Source of the DNA: an uncultured Actinomycetota bacterium
GTDB taxonomy: Bacteria; Actinomycetota; Actinomycetes; JAFAQI01
DNA length: 64,000 nucleotides
Assembly: GCA_963770565.1 (NCBI GenBank)
Contig: CAVYQE010000001.1
Span: 1,312,001 to 1,376,000, forward strand
Reading direction: 5' to 3'
In this document: in pieces, positions 9,528 through 23,721 of the stretch
Position numbering within the stretch: position 1 is the first letter of the stretch
Layout: every line of letters starts with the position of its first letter
The notes under the pieces: generated by a model
Database searches by the model: none
What the model saw: only the letters and a program-made list of their open reading frames with translations
What the model was told of the DNA's origin: nothing
Made by a program: the position numbers and the translations under genes

Positions 9528-10817
9528 GTGACCGTCACCGAGGCACAGCAGGCCCAAGCCGCTGAGCTCACCGAGCAGTGGAACTCCGATCCCCGCTGGA
9601 AGGGCGTCACGCGCAACCACAGCGCCGCGGACGTGGTCCGGCTGCGCGGATCGATCCAGGAGGAGCACACCCTGGCCCGCCGCGGCGCGACGCGGCTGTG
9701 GGACCTCATCAACCAGGACGGCTACGTCAACTCCCTCGGTGCGATGACCGGCAACCAGGCCGTGCAGCAGGTGCGCGCCGGCCTCAAGGCGATCTACCTC
9801 TCCGGCTGGCAGGTCGCCGGTGACGCCAACCTCGCCGCGCAGACCTATCCGGACCAGAGCCTCTACCCGGTCAACTCCGTTCCTGCGGTGGTCCGGCGGA
9901 TCAACAACGCGCTCATCCGCGCCGACCAGATCAGCTGGAGCGAGGGCGGCAGCGACGACATCGACTGGTTCGCACCGATCGTCGCCGACGCCGAGGCCGG
10001 TTTCGGCGGGGTGCTGAACGCGTTCGAGCTGATGAAGTCGATGATCCAGGCCGGTGCCGCCGGCGTGCACTGGGAAGACCAGCTGTCGTCGGCGAAGAAG
10101 TGCGGGCACCTCGGCGGGAAGGTGCTGATCCCGACCGGACAGCACATCAAGACCCTGTCCGCGGCCCGGCTCGCTGCCGACATCGAGGGTGTGCCGAGCG
10201 TTATCGTCGCGCGCACCGATGCCCAAGCCGCGACGCTGATCACCAGCGACGTCGACGAGCGCGACCAGGCCTTCATCACCGGCGACCGCACCGCCGAGGG
10301 TTTCTACCGGGTGACCAACGGGATCGACCCCTGCATCGCCCGCGGCATCGCGTACGCGCCGTACGCCGACCTGCTCTGGATGGAGACCTCCACGCCGGAC
10401 CTCGAGCTGGCCAGGCAGTATGCCGAGGCGATCAAGAAGGAGCACCCCGACCAGCTGCTCGCCTACAACTGCTCGCCGTCGTTCAACTGGAAGGCGCACC
10501 TGGACGACGACACGATCGCGAAGTTCCAGCGGGAGCTCGGTGCGATGGGCTATCGGTTCCAGTTCATCACCCTGGCCGGGTTCCACGCCCTGAACTACGC
10601 GATGTTCGACCTGGCCAGGAACTACTCCGAGCGCGACATGTCCGCTTACGTCGAGCTGCAGGAGAAGGAGTTCGCCGCCGAGGCCGACGGCTACACCGCG
10701 ACCAAGCACCAGCGCGAGGTCGGCGCCGGCTACTTCGACGCGGTCGCGACTGCGATCGACCCGGCCGCAGAAACGTTGGCACTCAAGGGATCCACCGAAG
10801 AAGAGCAGTTCCACTAA
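9528..10817 (+). CDS. aceA: Isocitrate lyase
   Basis: KKCGHLGGK signature, [42 protein letters not shown] before GTG 9528. Confidence 0.97.
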   Translation: MTVTEAQQAQAAELTEQWNSDPRWKGVTRNHSAADVVRLRGSIQEEHTLARRGATRLWDLINQDGYVNSLGAMTGNQAVQQVRAGLKAIYLSGWQVAGDANLAAQTYPDQSLYPVNSVPAVVRRINNALIRADQISWSEGGSDDIDWFAPIVADAEAGFGGVLNAFELMKSMIQAGAAGVHWEDQLSSAKKCGHLGGKVLIPTGQHIKTLSAARLAADIEGVPSVIVARTDAQAATLITSDVDERDQAFITGDRTAEGFYRVTNGIDPCIARGIAYAPYADLLWMETSTPDLELARQYAEAIKKEHPDQLLAYNCSPSFNWKAHLDDDTIAKFQRELGAMGYRFQFITLAGFHALNYAMFDLARNYSERDMSAYVELQEKEFAAEADGYTATKHQREVGAGYFDAVATAIDPAAETLALKGSTEEEQFH

Positions 10818-10862
10818 GCCCTGCCCCGCCAGAACCGGCACCCGTTCTCACCGGAGGATGAC

Positions 10863-11039
10863 ATGCGTCGCTGCAACGGACGGCTCTTCGACGGAAGCGC
10901 CTGCAACAACCTGATGCTGGACTGCACCGAGTGCGGCAGCAGCGGCTGCGAAGGTGACGGCTGCGACTCGCAGTCGTTCACCTCGGGCTCCTGCGACTGC
11001 GGCTCACGAGTCGGCTCGCTCGCCAGCTCTGCTGCCTGA
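10863..11039 (+). CDS. Small cysteine-rich protein (58 aa, 8 Cys), not in ORF track
   Basis: GGAGG at 10853-10857, 5 nt before ATG. Translation MRRCNGRLFDGSACNNLMLDCTECGSSGCEGDGCDSQSFTSGSCDCGSRVGSLASSAA. Mostly G/C third codon positions; fills the gap between aceA and the next gene. Confidence 0.75.
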   Translation: MRRCNGRLFDGSACNNLMLDCTECGSSGCEGDGCDSQSFTSGSCDCGSRVGSLASSAA

Positions 11040-11080
11040 CTGACGTTCGCACCCTCGCTTCGCGGGGGATGATTGGCGGT

Positions 11081-11722
11081 ATGACGCCATCGGCGGGGCG
11101 GCAGGGCATGATCGCGGTCGTCCCGGGCGTCGTCGTCGGGGTCGTGGTGGCGCTCACTGTCCGCGCCGGCCTCGGCCCGCTCGCGGGTTACGACGCGGCG
11201 GCGCTGTTCTACGTCGCGCGGGTGTGGCACACGATCTGGCCACTCGACGCGAAGCAGACCTCCGCGCTCGCGGCCCGCGAGGATCCACACCGGCCGGCCG
11301 CGGACGCCGTACTGCTGCTGGCCGCGGTCGCCAGCCTGGTCGCCGTCGCGGTCGTCATCGTGCGGTCGCATTCAAGTCACGGGGCGATCCAGCGATTCGA
11401 GATCACCCTCAGCGTCGCGTCGGTGGTCATCTCGTGGCTCCTGGTGCACACGATCTTCACGCTGAAGTACGCCCGGCTGTACTACCGCGGGGGAGCCGCG
11501 CACGATGAGGGGGGCGTCGACTTCGAGCACAATGTCCGCCCGCCGTACTCCGACTTCGCCTACATCGCTTTCACCGTCGGCATGACCTTTCAGGTGTCCG
11601 ACACCGACCTGCAGACCGCCGAGTTCCGGCGGCTGGCCTTGCGCCACGCCCTGGTGTCCTACCTGTTCGGCGCCGTGATCCTCGCCGCCACGATCAACCT
11701 GATCGCCGGCCTCGCCGGCTGA
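11081..11722 (+). CDS. DUF1345-like membrane protein
   Basis: HTIFTLKYARLYY, PPYSDFAYIAFTVGMTFQVSDT, HALVSYLFG motifs typical of DUF1345. Confidence 0.85.
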   Translation: MTPSAGRQGMIAVVPGVVVGVVVALTVRAGLGPLAGYDAAALFYVARVWHTIWPLDAKQTSALAAREDPHRPAADAVLLLAAVASLVAVAVVIVRSHSSHGAIQRFEITLSVASVVISWLLVHTIFTLKYARLYYRGGAAHDEGGVDFEHNVRPPYSDFAYIAFTVGMTFQVSDTDLQTAEFRRLALRHALVSYLFGAVILAATINLIAGLAG

Positions 11723-11856
11723 TCGCGCCAGGAATCGCTGGTCTCCGGCACGTGGTTCGCAACCGCTTGCTAGAGTTTGCACTCAGCTCGGCTGGCACTG
11801 ACGACAGCGGAGCGTGAGATCGCAGACTCCCTACCGCTGGAGGTCGGCCGCCGGCC

Positions 11857-12651
11857 ATGAATGTCGTCGTGTGCGTGAAGCAGGTGCCCGACACCTGGGC
11901 TGAGAAGAAGCTCAGCGACTCGGACAAGACCGTCGACCGCGAAGGCGTCGAGGGCGTCATGAACGAGCTCGACGAGTACGCGATCGAAGAAGCGCTGCGG
12001 ATCAAAGAAGCGCTCGCGGCCTCGGGCGGCACCGGTGAGGTCACCGTCTTGACCATGGGTCCGGAGAAGGCGGTCGAGACGATTCGCAAGGCGCTGTCGA
12101 TGGGTGTCGACAAGGCGATCCACGTCGTCGACGACGGCCTGCACGGATCGGACGCGCTCGGGACGTCGTACGCGCTGGCCAAGGCGCTCGGAACGGTGCC
12201 GTTCGACCTGGTCCTGCTCGGGGTCGAGTCGACCGACGCGCGGATGAGCGTGGTGCCGGCGATGCTCGCCGAACGGCTCGGTGCGGCGCAGCTGACGTTC
12301 GCGCGCAAGGTCGAGGTCGGCGACGGCACGGTGAAGATCGAGCGCCAGACCGACGCCGGTTACGACGTGGTCGAGGCCGCAACACCGGCCGTCGTCTCGG
12401 TCGTCGAGAAGATCAACGAGCCGCGCTACCCGTCGTTCAAGGGGATCATGGCGGCCAAGAAGAAGCCGCTCACCACCCTGACCCTCGCCGACGCCGGGAT
12501 CGAGGCCGGCAAGGTCGGCCTGGCCGGGTCCGGCTCCGAGGTGCTCGAGTTCTCCGCCCGCCCGCCGAAGGCCGCCGGCCAGATCGTCAAGGACGAGGGT
12601 GACGGCGGTATCAAGCTGGCCGAGTTCCTCGCCGCGCAGAAGATCATCTGA
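11857..12651 (+). CDS. etfB: Electron transfer flavoprotein beta subunit
   Basis: VVCVKQVPD, DEYAIEEAL, INEPRYPSFKGIMAAKKKP. Confidence 0.95.
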   Translation: MNVVVCVKQVPDTWAEKKLSDSDKTVDREGVEGVMNELDEYAIEEALRIKEALAASGGTGEVTVLTMGPEKAVETIRKALSMGVDKAIHVVDDGLHGSDALGTSYALAKALGTVPFDLVLLGVESTDARMSVVPAMLAERLGAAQLTFARKVEVGDGTVKIERQTDAGYDVVEAATPAVVSVVEKINEPRYPSFKGIMAAKKKPLTTLTLADAGIEAGKVGLAGSGSEVLEFSARPPKAAGQIVKDEGDGGIKLAEFLAAQKII

Positions 12652-12670
12652 GACAGGAGTACGACGTCAC

Positions 12671-13624
12671 ATGGCTGAGGTCCTCGTTCTGGTCGAGCAC
12701 GTCGATGGGACGCCGAAGAAGGTCACCCTCGAGCTGCTGACTCTCGCCCGCTCGCTGGGTGAGCCGTCCGCCGTCTTCGTCGGCGCTGGCTATGACAACG
12801 CGAAAGCGGTGCTCGCCGAGTACGGCGCGCAGAAGGTCTACATCGCCGGTGATGCCGACCTCGACTCATACCTGGTCGCGCCGAAGGCCGAGGTGCTGGC
12901 CCAGGTGGTCGGGTCCTCGTCGCCGGCCGCGGTGCTGATCCCGAGCTCTCCGGAAGGCAAGGAGATCGCCGCTCGCCTCGCGGTCAAGATCGACTCCGGC
13001 ATCGTCACCGACGCGGTCGGTGTCGGCGACGGATTCGTCGCGGACCAGTCGATCTTCGGTGGCTCCTACACGGTCAAGTCGCGGGTCAGCCGAGGTACGC
13101 CGATCATCACGGTCCGGCCGAACTCCACCGCGCCGGAGCCGGCGCCCGCACAGCCGGCCGAGGAGCAGGTATCCGTCACGTTGTCCGACGCCGCCACCAA
13201 GGCCAAGGTGCTCGACCGGGTCAGCGAGAAGAAGGGCGGCCGGCCCGAGCTCACCGAGGCATCGATCGTCGTCTCCGGCGGCCGCGGCCTCGGCGGCGGC
13301 GAGAACTTCGCGCTGATCGAGAAGCTGGCCGACTCCCTCGGTGCTGCCGTCGGTGCCTCGCGGGCCGCCACCGACGCCGGGTGGTACCCACACCAGAACC
13401 AGGTCGGCCAGACCGGCAAGACCGTCTCCCCGCAGCTCTACGTCGCGGTCGGCATCTCCGGCGCGATCCAGCACCGGGCCGGCATGCAGACCTCGAAGAC
13501 GATCGTCGCGATCAACAAGGACTCCGAGGCACCGATCTTCGACCTGGTCGACTTCGGCGTGGTGGGCGACCTGTTCGACGTCGTCCCGCAGCTGACCGAG
13601 CAGATCGAAGCCCGCAAGGGCTGA
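12671..13624 (+). CDS. etfA: Electron transfer flavoprotein alpha subunit
   Basis: [42 protein letters not shown]. Confidence 0.95.
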   Translation: MAEVLVLVEHVDGTPKKVTLELLTLARSLGEPSAVFVGAGYDNAKAVLAEYGAQKVYIAGDADLDSYLVAPKAEVLAQVVGSSSPAAVLIPSSPEGKEIAARLAVKIDSGIVTDAVGVGDGFVADQSIFGGSYTVKSRVSRGTPIITVRPNSTAPEPAPAQPAEEQVSVTLSDAATKAKVLDRVSEKKGGRPELTEASIVVSGGRGLGGGENFALIEKLADSLGAAVGASRAATDAGWYPHQNQVGQTGKTVSPQLYVAVGISGAIQHRAGMQTSKTIVAINKDSEAPIFDLVDFGVVGDLFDVVPQLTEQIEARKG

Positions 13625-13682
13625 GCCCGACCCGCGTTATTGCGGAGGTTGCTGTCGCAATCAGCACGTAGGCTGACCCGCG

Positions 13683-14864
13683 ATGGCCTATCTCGACCAC
13701 GCGGCTACTACGCCGATGCTGCCGCAGGCGGTCGACCTGATGTCCGAGTTGCTCGGACAGGTCGGCAACGCCTCGTCGTTGCATGCCACCGGGCGGCGGG
13801 CCCGCCGGGTGGTCGAGGAGTCCCGCGAGACCGTGGCCGACGCCCTCGGCGCGCGGCCGAGCGAAGTGGTGTTCACCAGCGGTGGCACCGAGAGCGACAA
13901 CCTCGCGCTCAAGGGCCTGTACTGGACCCGGGTGGCCGCCGACGACCGTCGCCGCAAGGTGCTGGTGAGTGCGGTCGAGCACCACGCCGTGCTCGACTCC
14001 GCGGTCTGGCTGGCCGAGCACGAGCACGCCGAGCTGGTCGTGCTGCCGGTCGACGCCAGCGGACGGCTCCGGCTCGACGCGATGCGCGAGACGATCGCGG
14101 CCGCCCCGCACGAGGTCGCGCTGGCCAGCGTCATGTGGGCCAACAACGAGGTCGGCACGGTGCAGCCGGTCGCTGAGCTGGCGGCGATCGCCGCCGAGTA
14201 CGACGTGCCGGTGCACACCGACGGCGTCCAGGCGCTCGGTGCGCTGGAGGTCGACTTCAGCGCGAGCGGGGTCGCTGCCCTGACCGTGACCGGGCACAAG
14301 GTCGGCGGGCCGGTCGGGGTCGGCGCCCTCATCATTGGCCGGGACGTCGACTGCGTGCCGATCCTGCACGGCGGCGGCCAGGAGCGCGACGTGCGGTCCG
14401 GCACCCTCGACGTACCCGGGGTGGCAGCCTTCGCCCTCGCCGTCCAGCTTGCGGTCAAGGAGCAGGCCGAACGCGCCGCCCGGCTGCGCGAGCTGCGCGC
14501 CGATCTCGTCCGCCGCGTGCTCGAGGTGGTCCCGGACGCCCAGCTCAACGGTGACCGGTCGCTGTCCGCGGCCGGCCGGCTGCCGGGCAATGCGCACTTC
14601 TCCTTCCCGGGGTGCGAGGGCGACGCGTTGCTCATGCTGCTCGACGCCCGCGGGGTCGAGTGCTCGACCGGATCCGCCTGCTCGGCCGGCGTGGCCAGGC
14701 CGAGTCACGTGCTGCTGGCGATGGGCCACGCCGAGGACCGGGCGAAGTCCTCGCTGCGGTTCTCGCTCGGCCATTCCTCAACCGCCGCCGACGTCGACGA
14801 GCTGGTCGCGGCGATCGGCCCGGCGGTCGAGCGCGCGCGGTCGGCCCGGCGGGTCGCATCGTGA
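13683..14864 (+). CDS. Cysteine desulfurase (IscS/NifS-like, MnmA-associated)
   Basis: [42 protein letters not shown]. Confidence 0.93.
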   Translation: MAYLDHAATTPMLPQAVDLMSELLGQVGNASSLHATGRRARRVVEESRETVADALGARPSEVVFTSGGTESDNLALKGLYWTRVAADDRRRKVLVSAVEHHAVLDSAVWLAEHEHAELVVLPVDASGRLRLDAMRETIAAAPHEVALASVMWANNEVGTVQPVAELAAIAAEYDVPVHTDGVQALGALEVDFSASGVAALTVTGHKVGGPVGVGALIIGRDVDCVPILHGGGQERDVRSGTLDVPGVAAFALAVQLAVKEQAERAARLRELRADLVRRVLEVVPDAQLNGDRSLSAAGRLPGNAHFSFPGCEGDALLMLLDARGVECSTGSACSAGVARPSHVLLAMGHAEDRAKSSLRFSLGHSSTAADVDELVAAIGPAVERARSARRVAS

Positions 14865-14874
14865 CGAGTACGCC

Positions 14875-15936
14875 GTGAAGGTGCTCGCCGCGATGTCGGG
14901 CGGGGTCGACTCGGCGGTCGCCGCGGCACGCGCGGTCGACGCCGGCCACGACGTCACCGGGGTGCACCTGGCGCTGTCGCAAACCCCGGCCTCGCATCGC
15001 GACGGCGCGCGCGGCTGCTGCTCGCTGGAGGACTCACGCGACGCACGCCGGGCCGCCGATGTGCTCGGCATCCCGTTCTACGTCTGGGACGTCGCCGAGC
15101 GGTTCAGCCGGGACGTGATCGACGACTTCGTCGCCGAGTACGCCGCCGGCCGCACGCCGAACCCTTGCGTGCGCTGCAACGAGCGGATCAAGTTCGCGGC
15201 GGTGCTCGACCGAGCCCTCGCGCTCGGCTTCGACGCGGTCTGCACCGGTCACTACGCGCGGATCGTCGACGGCCGGCTGCATCGCGCGGTCGACTCCGGC
15301 AAGGACCAGTCCTACGTGCTTGCGGTGTTGCGCCCCGATCAGATCGCCGCGGCGATGTTCCCGCTCGGCGACTCGCTGAAGGCCAGCGTGCGGGCCGAGG
15401 CGGCCGCCCGGGGGCTCGCAGTCGCCGCCAAGCCGGACAGCCACGACATCTGCTTCATCCCCTCGGGCGACACCACCGGCTGGCTGCGCGACCGGCTCGG
15501 TGCGGCGCCCGGAGAGGTGGTCGACTCCACCGGTGAGGTGGTCGGGGAGCACGACGGCACCTACGGCTTCACCGTCGGTCAGCGCCGCGGCCTGGCGTTG
15601 TCGACCCCCGCGGCTGACGGCCGCCCGCGCTACGTCCTGTCGGTGTCACCGGTCGAGCGCACGGTCACGGTCGGTCCGATCGAGGCGCTCGAGGTTTCCC
15701 GGGTGGTCTGCGGATCGCCGACCTGGTGCGGCGAGCCGCCGCCGCTGCCGTTGGCGGCCGCGCACGTCCAGGTGCGCGCCCATGGCGACCCGATCGCCGG
15801 CCGGGTCGAGCTGGTCGACGGCTCGCTCGTCGCGGCCGTTGACGGAGGCCTGCGCGGGGTCGCCCCCGGTCAGACCCTGGTCGTCTATGCCGGCGACGAG
15901 GTGCTCGGCTCGGCCACGATCGACCGTGCCGCCTAG
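14875..15936 (+). CDS. mnmA: tRNA 2-thiouridylase
   Basis: [10 protein letters not shown]-loop, [37 protein letters not shown]. Confidence 0.95.
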   Translation: MKVLAAMSGGVDSAVAAARAVDAGHDVTGVHLALSQTPASHRDGARGCCSLEDSRDARRAADVLGIPFYVWDVAERFSRDVIDDFVAEYAAGRTPNPCVRCNERIKFAAVLDRALALGFDAVCTGHYARIVDGRLHRAVDSGKDQSYVLAVLRPDQIAAAMFPLGDSLKASVRAEAAARGLAVAAKPDSHDICFIPSGDTTGWLRDRLGAAPGEVVDSTGEVVGEHDGTYGFTVGQRRGLALSTPAADGRPRYVLSVSPVERTVTVGPIEALEVSRVVCGSPTWCGEPPPLPLAAAHVQVRAHGDPIAGRVELVDGSLVAAVDGGLRGVAPGQTLVVYAGDEVLGSATIDRAA

Positions 15937-15945
15937 AGGATCCCG

Positions 15946-16485
15946 ATGACCAGGTACGCCGTACTTCTGCGCGGGGTCAACGTCGGCGGTCACAACAAGG
16001 TGCCGATGGGCCGGCTCCGCGAGCTCGCGGTCGAGGCCGGCTATGGCGAGGTGTCGACGTACGTCCAGAGCGGCAACCTGGTGCTGACCGCCGAGCGGGC
16101 CAAAGCGGCCGACGTCGAGCGGGCGATCGCGCAGGCGTTGCAGCGCGACCTCGGGCTGGACATCGAGGTGATGGCCCGAAGTCGTGACGAGCTGGCCGCG
16201 GTGATCGGCGCGAACCCGTTTCACTCCTACGTCGACGAGCCGACCACCGTGCACGTCAGCTTCCTCGGCGGTCACCCGGCGGCGGACAAGGCGAAGGCAC
16301 TCGATCACGAGGAGTTCGTCCCGGAGCGCTTCGCACTCGGTGACCGTTGTCTCTACTTCTATTGCCCCGGCGGCTCGGGTCGGTCGAAGATGGCGGCCGC
16401 GCCCTGGGACCGGCGACTGGGTGTCCGCGGCACCAGCCGGAACTGGCGAACCGTGACGACCCTGCTCGACCTGCTTGACGGCTAG
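15946..16485 (+). CDS. DUF1697 family protein
   Basis: LLRGVNVGGHNKVPM, TYVQSGNLV, TSRNWRTV. Confidence 0.88.
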   Translation: MTRYAVLLRGVNVGGHNKVPMGRLRELAVEAGYGEVSTYVQSGNLVLTAERAKAADVERAIAQALQRDLGLDIEVMARSRDELAAVIGANPFHSYVDEPTTVHVSFLGGHPAADKAKALDHEEFVPERFALGDRCLYFYCPGGSGRSKMAAAPWDRRLGVRGTSRNWRTVTTLLDLLDG

Positions 16486-16516
16486 ACCGTCACTGGTCGC
16501 CACTACGCTCGGCGCT

Positions 16517-19620
<3,104 letters not shown>

Positions 19621-19716
19621 GCGTGGTGGGCGCCCGCCCGCCTCAAGATTCGCCCTTTTCTGTCGATCTTCGCGGAGACAGGACTCGTCTCAGACCCCGA
19701 TGACGGAAGAGGTGAC

Positions 19717-21822
19717 ATGACCTCGCACGACGAGGCACGCAATGTCGCCCCGCCCGCTGCCGAGTACGCCTTCTGGGCCTACCTCAGCGTCGTCACGGTC
19801 GCCGGATTCGGGTTGCTCGTCTGGCAGCTGACCCAGATCCACTCCGGCGACCTGAAGTTCATGGGCAGCGCCTTCATCATCATCGCGGTGATGGTCGTGA
19901 TCGGCGAGGTGCGTCCCCTGGTGATCGCGGGGACTGGCGACGTGACCGGGGTCACGACCTCGACCGCATTTACGTTCGCACTCCTGCTGCATGCCGGGCT
20001 GCCGATCGCCCTGGTCCTGCAGGGCTGTGCCACCGTGGCCGCCGCGGTCGCCTATCGGCGCGCGGTTTGGCGGACCGCCTTCAACGTCGCGCAGTTCTCG
20101 TTGTCCTATGCCGCCGCTGACGTGGTCTTGTTCCTGTGCGGCCGGCACGCCTCGCTCGGCCACATGCTGGGTGTCACCGGCGACGACCTGCCGGCGATCG
20201 CGCTGGCCGCCGGGATCTACTTCGTGATCAACAACACGTTCGTGTCGGCTGCGCTGGCGCTGAAGCATCGCACCTCGCTACGTCACGAGTTCTTCGCGGA
20301 CTTCGGATTCCAGGTGCTCTCGAACGCGGCCCTGCTCGGCCTCGCGCCGATCGTCGTCGTCGTGGTCGACGCCAGCTCCGCCATGGTGCCGCTGCTGCTG
20401 TTCCCGCTGGCCGCGGTCTACGCCACCGCCGCGATGATGCGCGCCCGTGAACGCGAGAGCATGCACGACCTGCTGACCGGGCTACCCAACCGCAACCTGA
20501 TGATCGACCGCACCGCCGAGGCGGTCAGCGTGGCCGCAGAGGCCGGCCAGCACGTCGCACTGTTCCTGCTCGACCTCGACCGGTTCAAGGAGATCAACGA
20601 CACCCTCGGCCACCGGGTCGGCGACGAGTTGCTCCAGCTGGTCGGCCGCCGGCTCACCGCCGCGCTCCGCCCGGACGACGTGATCGGCCGGCTCGGCGGC
20701 GACGAGTTCGCGATGCTGGTACCGAACCTCGAGGACCCGAGATCGGCGGTCGATCTGGCCGAGCGGGTCCGGATGTCGCTGGTCGAGCCGTTCCACTACG
20801 ACGGGCTGTCGCACGAGATCGACGGGTCGATCGGGATCGCGATCTACCCGGCCCACGGATCGGACTTCGAGACCCTGCTGCAGCGGGCCGACGTCGCGAT
20901 GTACGTCGCCAAATCGCGCGGCACCGGGGTCCAGCTCTACTCCACCGAGATCGACCGGCACTCGACGGTCCGGCTGAGCATGCTGGCGGAGCTTCGGACC
21001 GCGCTCGAGAACAACGACCTCGAGCTGCACTACCAGCCCAAGTCGGACCTGCGCACCGGTGACGTGGTCGGGGTCGAGGCACTGCTGCGGTGGCGTCATC
21101 CCGATCGCGGCCTGATCCAGCCGGACGACTTCCTGCCGTTGGCCGCGCAGACCGGGCTGATGCGGCTGATCACCAAGTTCGCGCTCGAGGAGACCCTTCG
21201 CCAGCTCTCGGTGTGGTGGCGGATGGGGATCCGCGTGCACGCCGCGGTCAACGTGACCGCCCTCGACCTCTACGACCGCGGCTTCGCCGAGTTGCTACAA
21301 CGCACGATCGAGAAGTACGACGTACCGCCGCGAGCACTGATGATCGAGGTCACGGAGAGCGTCCTGATGGCCGACCCGGCGCGAGCCGCCTCGACCCTGC
21401 TCTCGGTGGCCGGGCTCGGCGTCGGGGTCTCCCTCGACGACTTCGGCACCGGCTACTCCTCGTTGGTCCACCTCAAGCGGCTGCCGGTCACCGAAGTCAA
21501 GATCGACCGCTCGTTCGTCATGCGGATGGACGTCAACGAAGACGACGCCGCGATCGTCCGCTCGATCATCGAGCTGGCCAGTGCACTCGGCCTGCGCACC
21601 GTCGCCGAGGGCGTCGAGACCCGGGAGGCCTGGGACCGGCTCGCGGTCTTCGGCTGTGACGCGGCCCAGGGCTGGTATCTCGCCAAGGCGATGCCGGCCG
21701 ACGTGGCCACCGAGTGGTTGCAGAACGTCCGGCACGTCGGCTCGAGCCCGGCCGCCGAGACCCGGACCCGCCGCAGCGGGCGAACCGCCGCGCTCGGCGT
21801 CGTCGCCCGCGTCGCCGAGTAG
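19717..21822 (+). CDS. Membrane-anchored diguanylate cyclase/phosphodiesterase (GGDEF-EAL)
   Basis: Hydrophobic N-terminal ~240 aa, DLDRFKEINDTLGH, RPDD I-site, GGDEF, VEALLRW, DDFGTGYSS, VAEGVE. Confidence 0.93.
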   Translation: MTSHDEARNVAPPAAEYAFWAYLSVVTVAGFGLLVWQLTQIHSGDLKFMGSAFIIIAVMVVIGEVRPLVIAGTGDVTGVTTSTAFTFALLLHAGLPIALVLQGCATVAAAVAYRRAVWRTAFNVAQFSLSYAAADVVLFLCGRHASLGHMLGVTGDDLPAIALAAGIYFVINNTFVSAALALKHRTSLRHEFFADFGFQVLSNAALLGLAPIVVVVVDASSAMVPLLLFPLAAVYATAAMMRARERESMHDLLTGLPNRNLMIDRTAEAVSVAAEAGQHVALFLLDLDRFKEINDTLGHRVGDELLQLVGRRLTAALRPDDVIGRLGGDEFAMLVPNLEDPRSAVDLAERVRMSLVEPFHYDGLSHEIDGSIGIAIYPAHGSDFETLLQRADVAMYVAKSRGTGVQLYSTEIDRHSTVRLSMLAELRTALENNDLELHYQPKSDLRTGDVVGVEALLRWRHPDRGLIQPDDFLPLAAQTGLMRLITKFALEETLRQLSVWWRMGIRVHAAVNVTALDLYDRGFAELLQRTIEKYDVPPRALMIEVTESVLMADPARAASTLLSVAGLGVGVSLDDFGTGYSSLVHLKRLPVTEVKIDRSFVMRMDVNEDDAAIVRSIIELASALGLRTVAEGVETREAWDRLAVFGCDAAQGWYLAKAMPADVATEWLQNVRHVGSSPAAETRTRRSGRTAALGVVARVAE

Positions 21823-21882
21823 ACCGCCCGCGCCGAATAAACCAGCAGGCCACCGATCGGGGTGCGCCCTAGGATCGTCGGC

Positions 21883-22179
21883 GTGCCCGAGATCACCCGC
21901 GCCGACGTCGCGCACCTGGCGAGGCTGGCCCGGATCACCATGTCCGATGCCGAGCTCGACGCGATGGCCGGTCAGCTCGAGGTGATCCTCGGCGCGGTCA
22001 GCCGGGTGCAGGAGGTGGCGGCCGGTGACATCCCGCCGACCTCCCACGCCGTACCGCTGACCAACGTCCTGCGGCCCGATGCTCTCGCGCCGTGCCTCAC
22101 CGCGGCCGAGGCGCTGGCAGCAGCGCCGGCCAGCGAGGACGACCGGTTCCGGGTGCCACGAATCCTGGACGAGGAATGA
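21883..22179 (+). CDS. gatC: Asp/Glu-tRNA amidotransferase subunit C
   Basis: [15 protein letters not shown]...[14 protein letters not shown] overlap with gatA. Confidence 0.93.
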   Translation: MPEITRADVAHLARLARITMSDAELDAMAGQLEVILGAVSRVQEVAAGDIPPTSHAVPLTNVLRPDALAPCLTAAEALAAAPASEDDRFRVPRILDEE

Positions 22180-23647
22180 CCGACCTCGTCCGGCAGACCG
22201 CTGCTGAGCTGGCGCGCCTCATCGCGGCCGGCGAGACCTCGGCGGTCGAGGTGGCCCAGGCCCACCTCGACCGGATCGCCGAGGTCGACGAGCGGCTCCA
22301 TGCGTTCCTCCACGTCGACACCGAAGGCGCCCTGGCGCAGGCGCGACGGGTCGACGCCGGTGAGCTCAGCGGCCCGCTCGCTGGTGTGCCGCTCGGGCTC
22401 AAGGACATCGTGGTCACCCGCGGCGTCCCGACTACGGCCGGATCGCGAATCCTGGAAGGCTGGATCCCGCCGTACGACGCCACGATCGTCGAGAAGATGC
22501 ACGCCGCGGGCATCGTCATCCTCGGCAAGACCAACATGGACGAGTTCGCGATGGGCAGCTCGACCGAGCACTCGGCGTACGGCCCGGCGCACAACCCCTG
22601 GGACCTCACCCGCACGCCCGGCGGGTCCGGCGGCGGCTCGAGCGCCGCGGTCGCCGGCTATCTCGCCCCGCTCGGGATCGGCACCGACACCGGCGGGTCG
22701 ATCCGGCAGCCGGCTGCGGTCACCGGCACGGTGGGAGCCAAGCCGACGTACGGCGGGGTCTCCCGCTACGGCCTGATCGCGTTCAGCTCCTCGCTCGACC
22801 AAGCCGGGCCGTGCGCCCGCACGGTGCTCGACGCCGCCCTGCTCCACGCCGTGATCGCCGGCCACGACCCGCGCGACTCGACCTCGATCGACGCCCCGGT
22901 CCCGCCGGTCGTGGAAGCGGCGCGGTCGGGCGACGTCGCCGGAATGCGGGTGGGCGTCGTCCGGGAGTTCGCCGGCGAGGGCTACCAAGCCGGCGTGACC
23001 GCCCGGTTCGACGAGGCGGTCGCCGTGCTCGGCTCGCTGGGCGCCGATGTCGTCGAGGTGTCCTGCCCCCACTTCGACTACGCCCTCGCCGCCTACTACC
23101 TGATCGCGCCGGCCGAGGCCTCGAGCAACCTGGCTCGCTACGACGCCATGCGCTACGGGCTGCGGGTCGGCGACGACGGCACCGCGTCCGCCGAGGAGGT
23201 GATGGCCGCGACCAGGGCGGCCGGCTTCGGCGCCGAGGTCAAGCGGCGGATCATCCTCGGCACCTACGCCCTGTCGGCGGGCTACTACGACGCCTACTAC
23301 GGCCAGGCGCAGAAGGTTCGCACCCTGATCACCCGCGACTTCGAGGCCGCGTTCGGCCAGGTCGACGTCCTGGTCTCGCCCACCACCCCGACCACCGCGT
23401 TCACGCTCGGCGAGCGGCTCGACGACCCGCTGGCGATGTATCTCGCCGACCTCTGCACCATCCCGTCGAACCTCTACGGCGGCCCGGCCGCCTCGGTGCC
23501 GTGCGGCGTTGTCCGACGACGGCCTCCCGGTCGGACTGCAGATCATGGCGCCGGTGATGGCCGACGACCGGATCTACCGGGTCGGCAGCCGCGGTCGAAC
23601 GCGCCCTGCATACCGACACGCTGCTGCTCCAGGTCACGACTGGATAG
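22176..23647 (+). CDS. gatA: Asp/Glu-tRNA amidotransferase subunit A, with two apparent +1 frameshifts near the 3' end (about 23508 and 23587)
   Basis: [34 protein letters not shown]. The expected tail [16 protein letters not shown]...RVG / AVERAL is split over three frames and ends at TAG 23645-23647. Confidence 0.9.
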
Positions 23648-23721
23648 CAAAATTGTCGCGACACAGCGTCGCTGGCGACAACGTTTGTTGCATGGAGCCA
23701 GGTCGTGGGATAAAAGACACT

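Noticed and set aside
10863-11039. Cys/Ser-rich ORF as a RiPP (ranthipeptide/lanthipeptide) precursor
   Set aside because: No radical SAM, LanM/LanB or peptidase genes nearby, and Cys residues start at position 4, leaving no leader.
10817-11722. Malate synthase expected next to aceA
   Set aside because: No such ORF here. The space holds the Cys-rich ORF and a DUF1345 gene.
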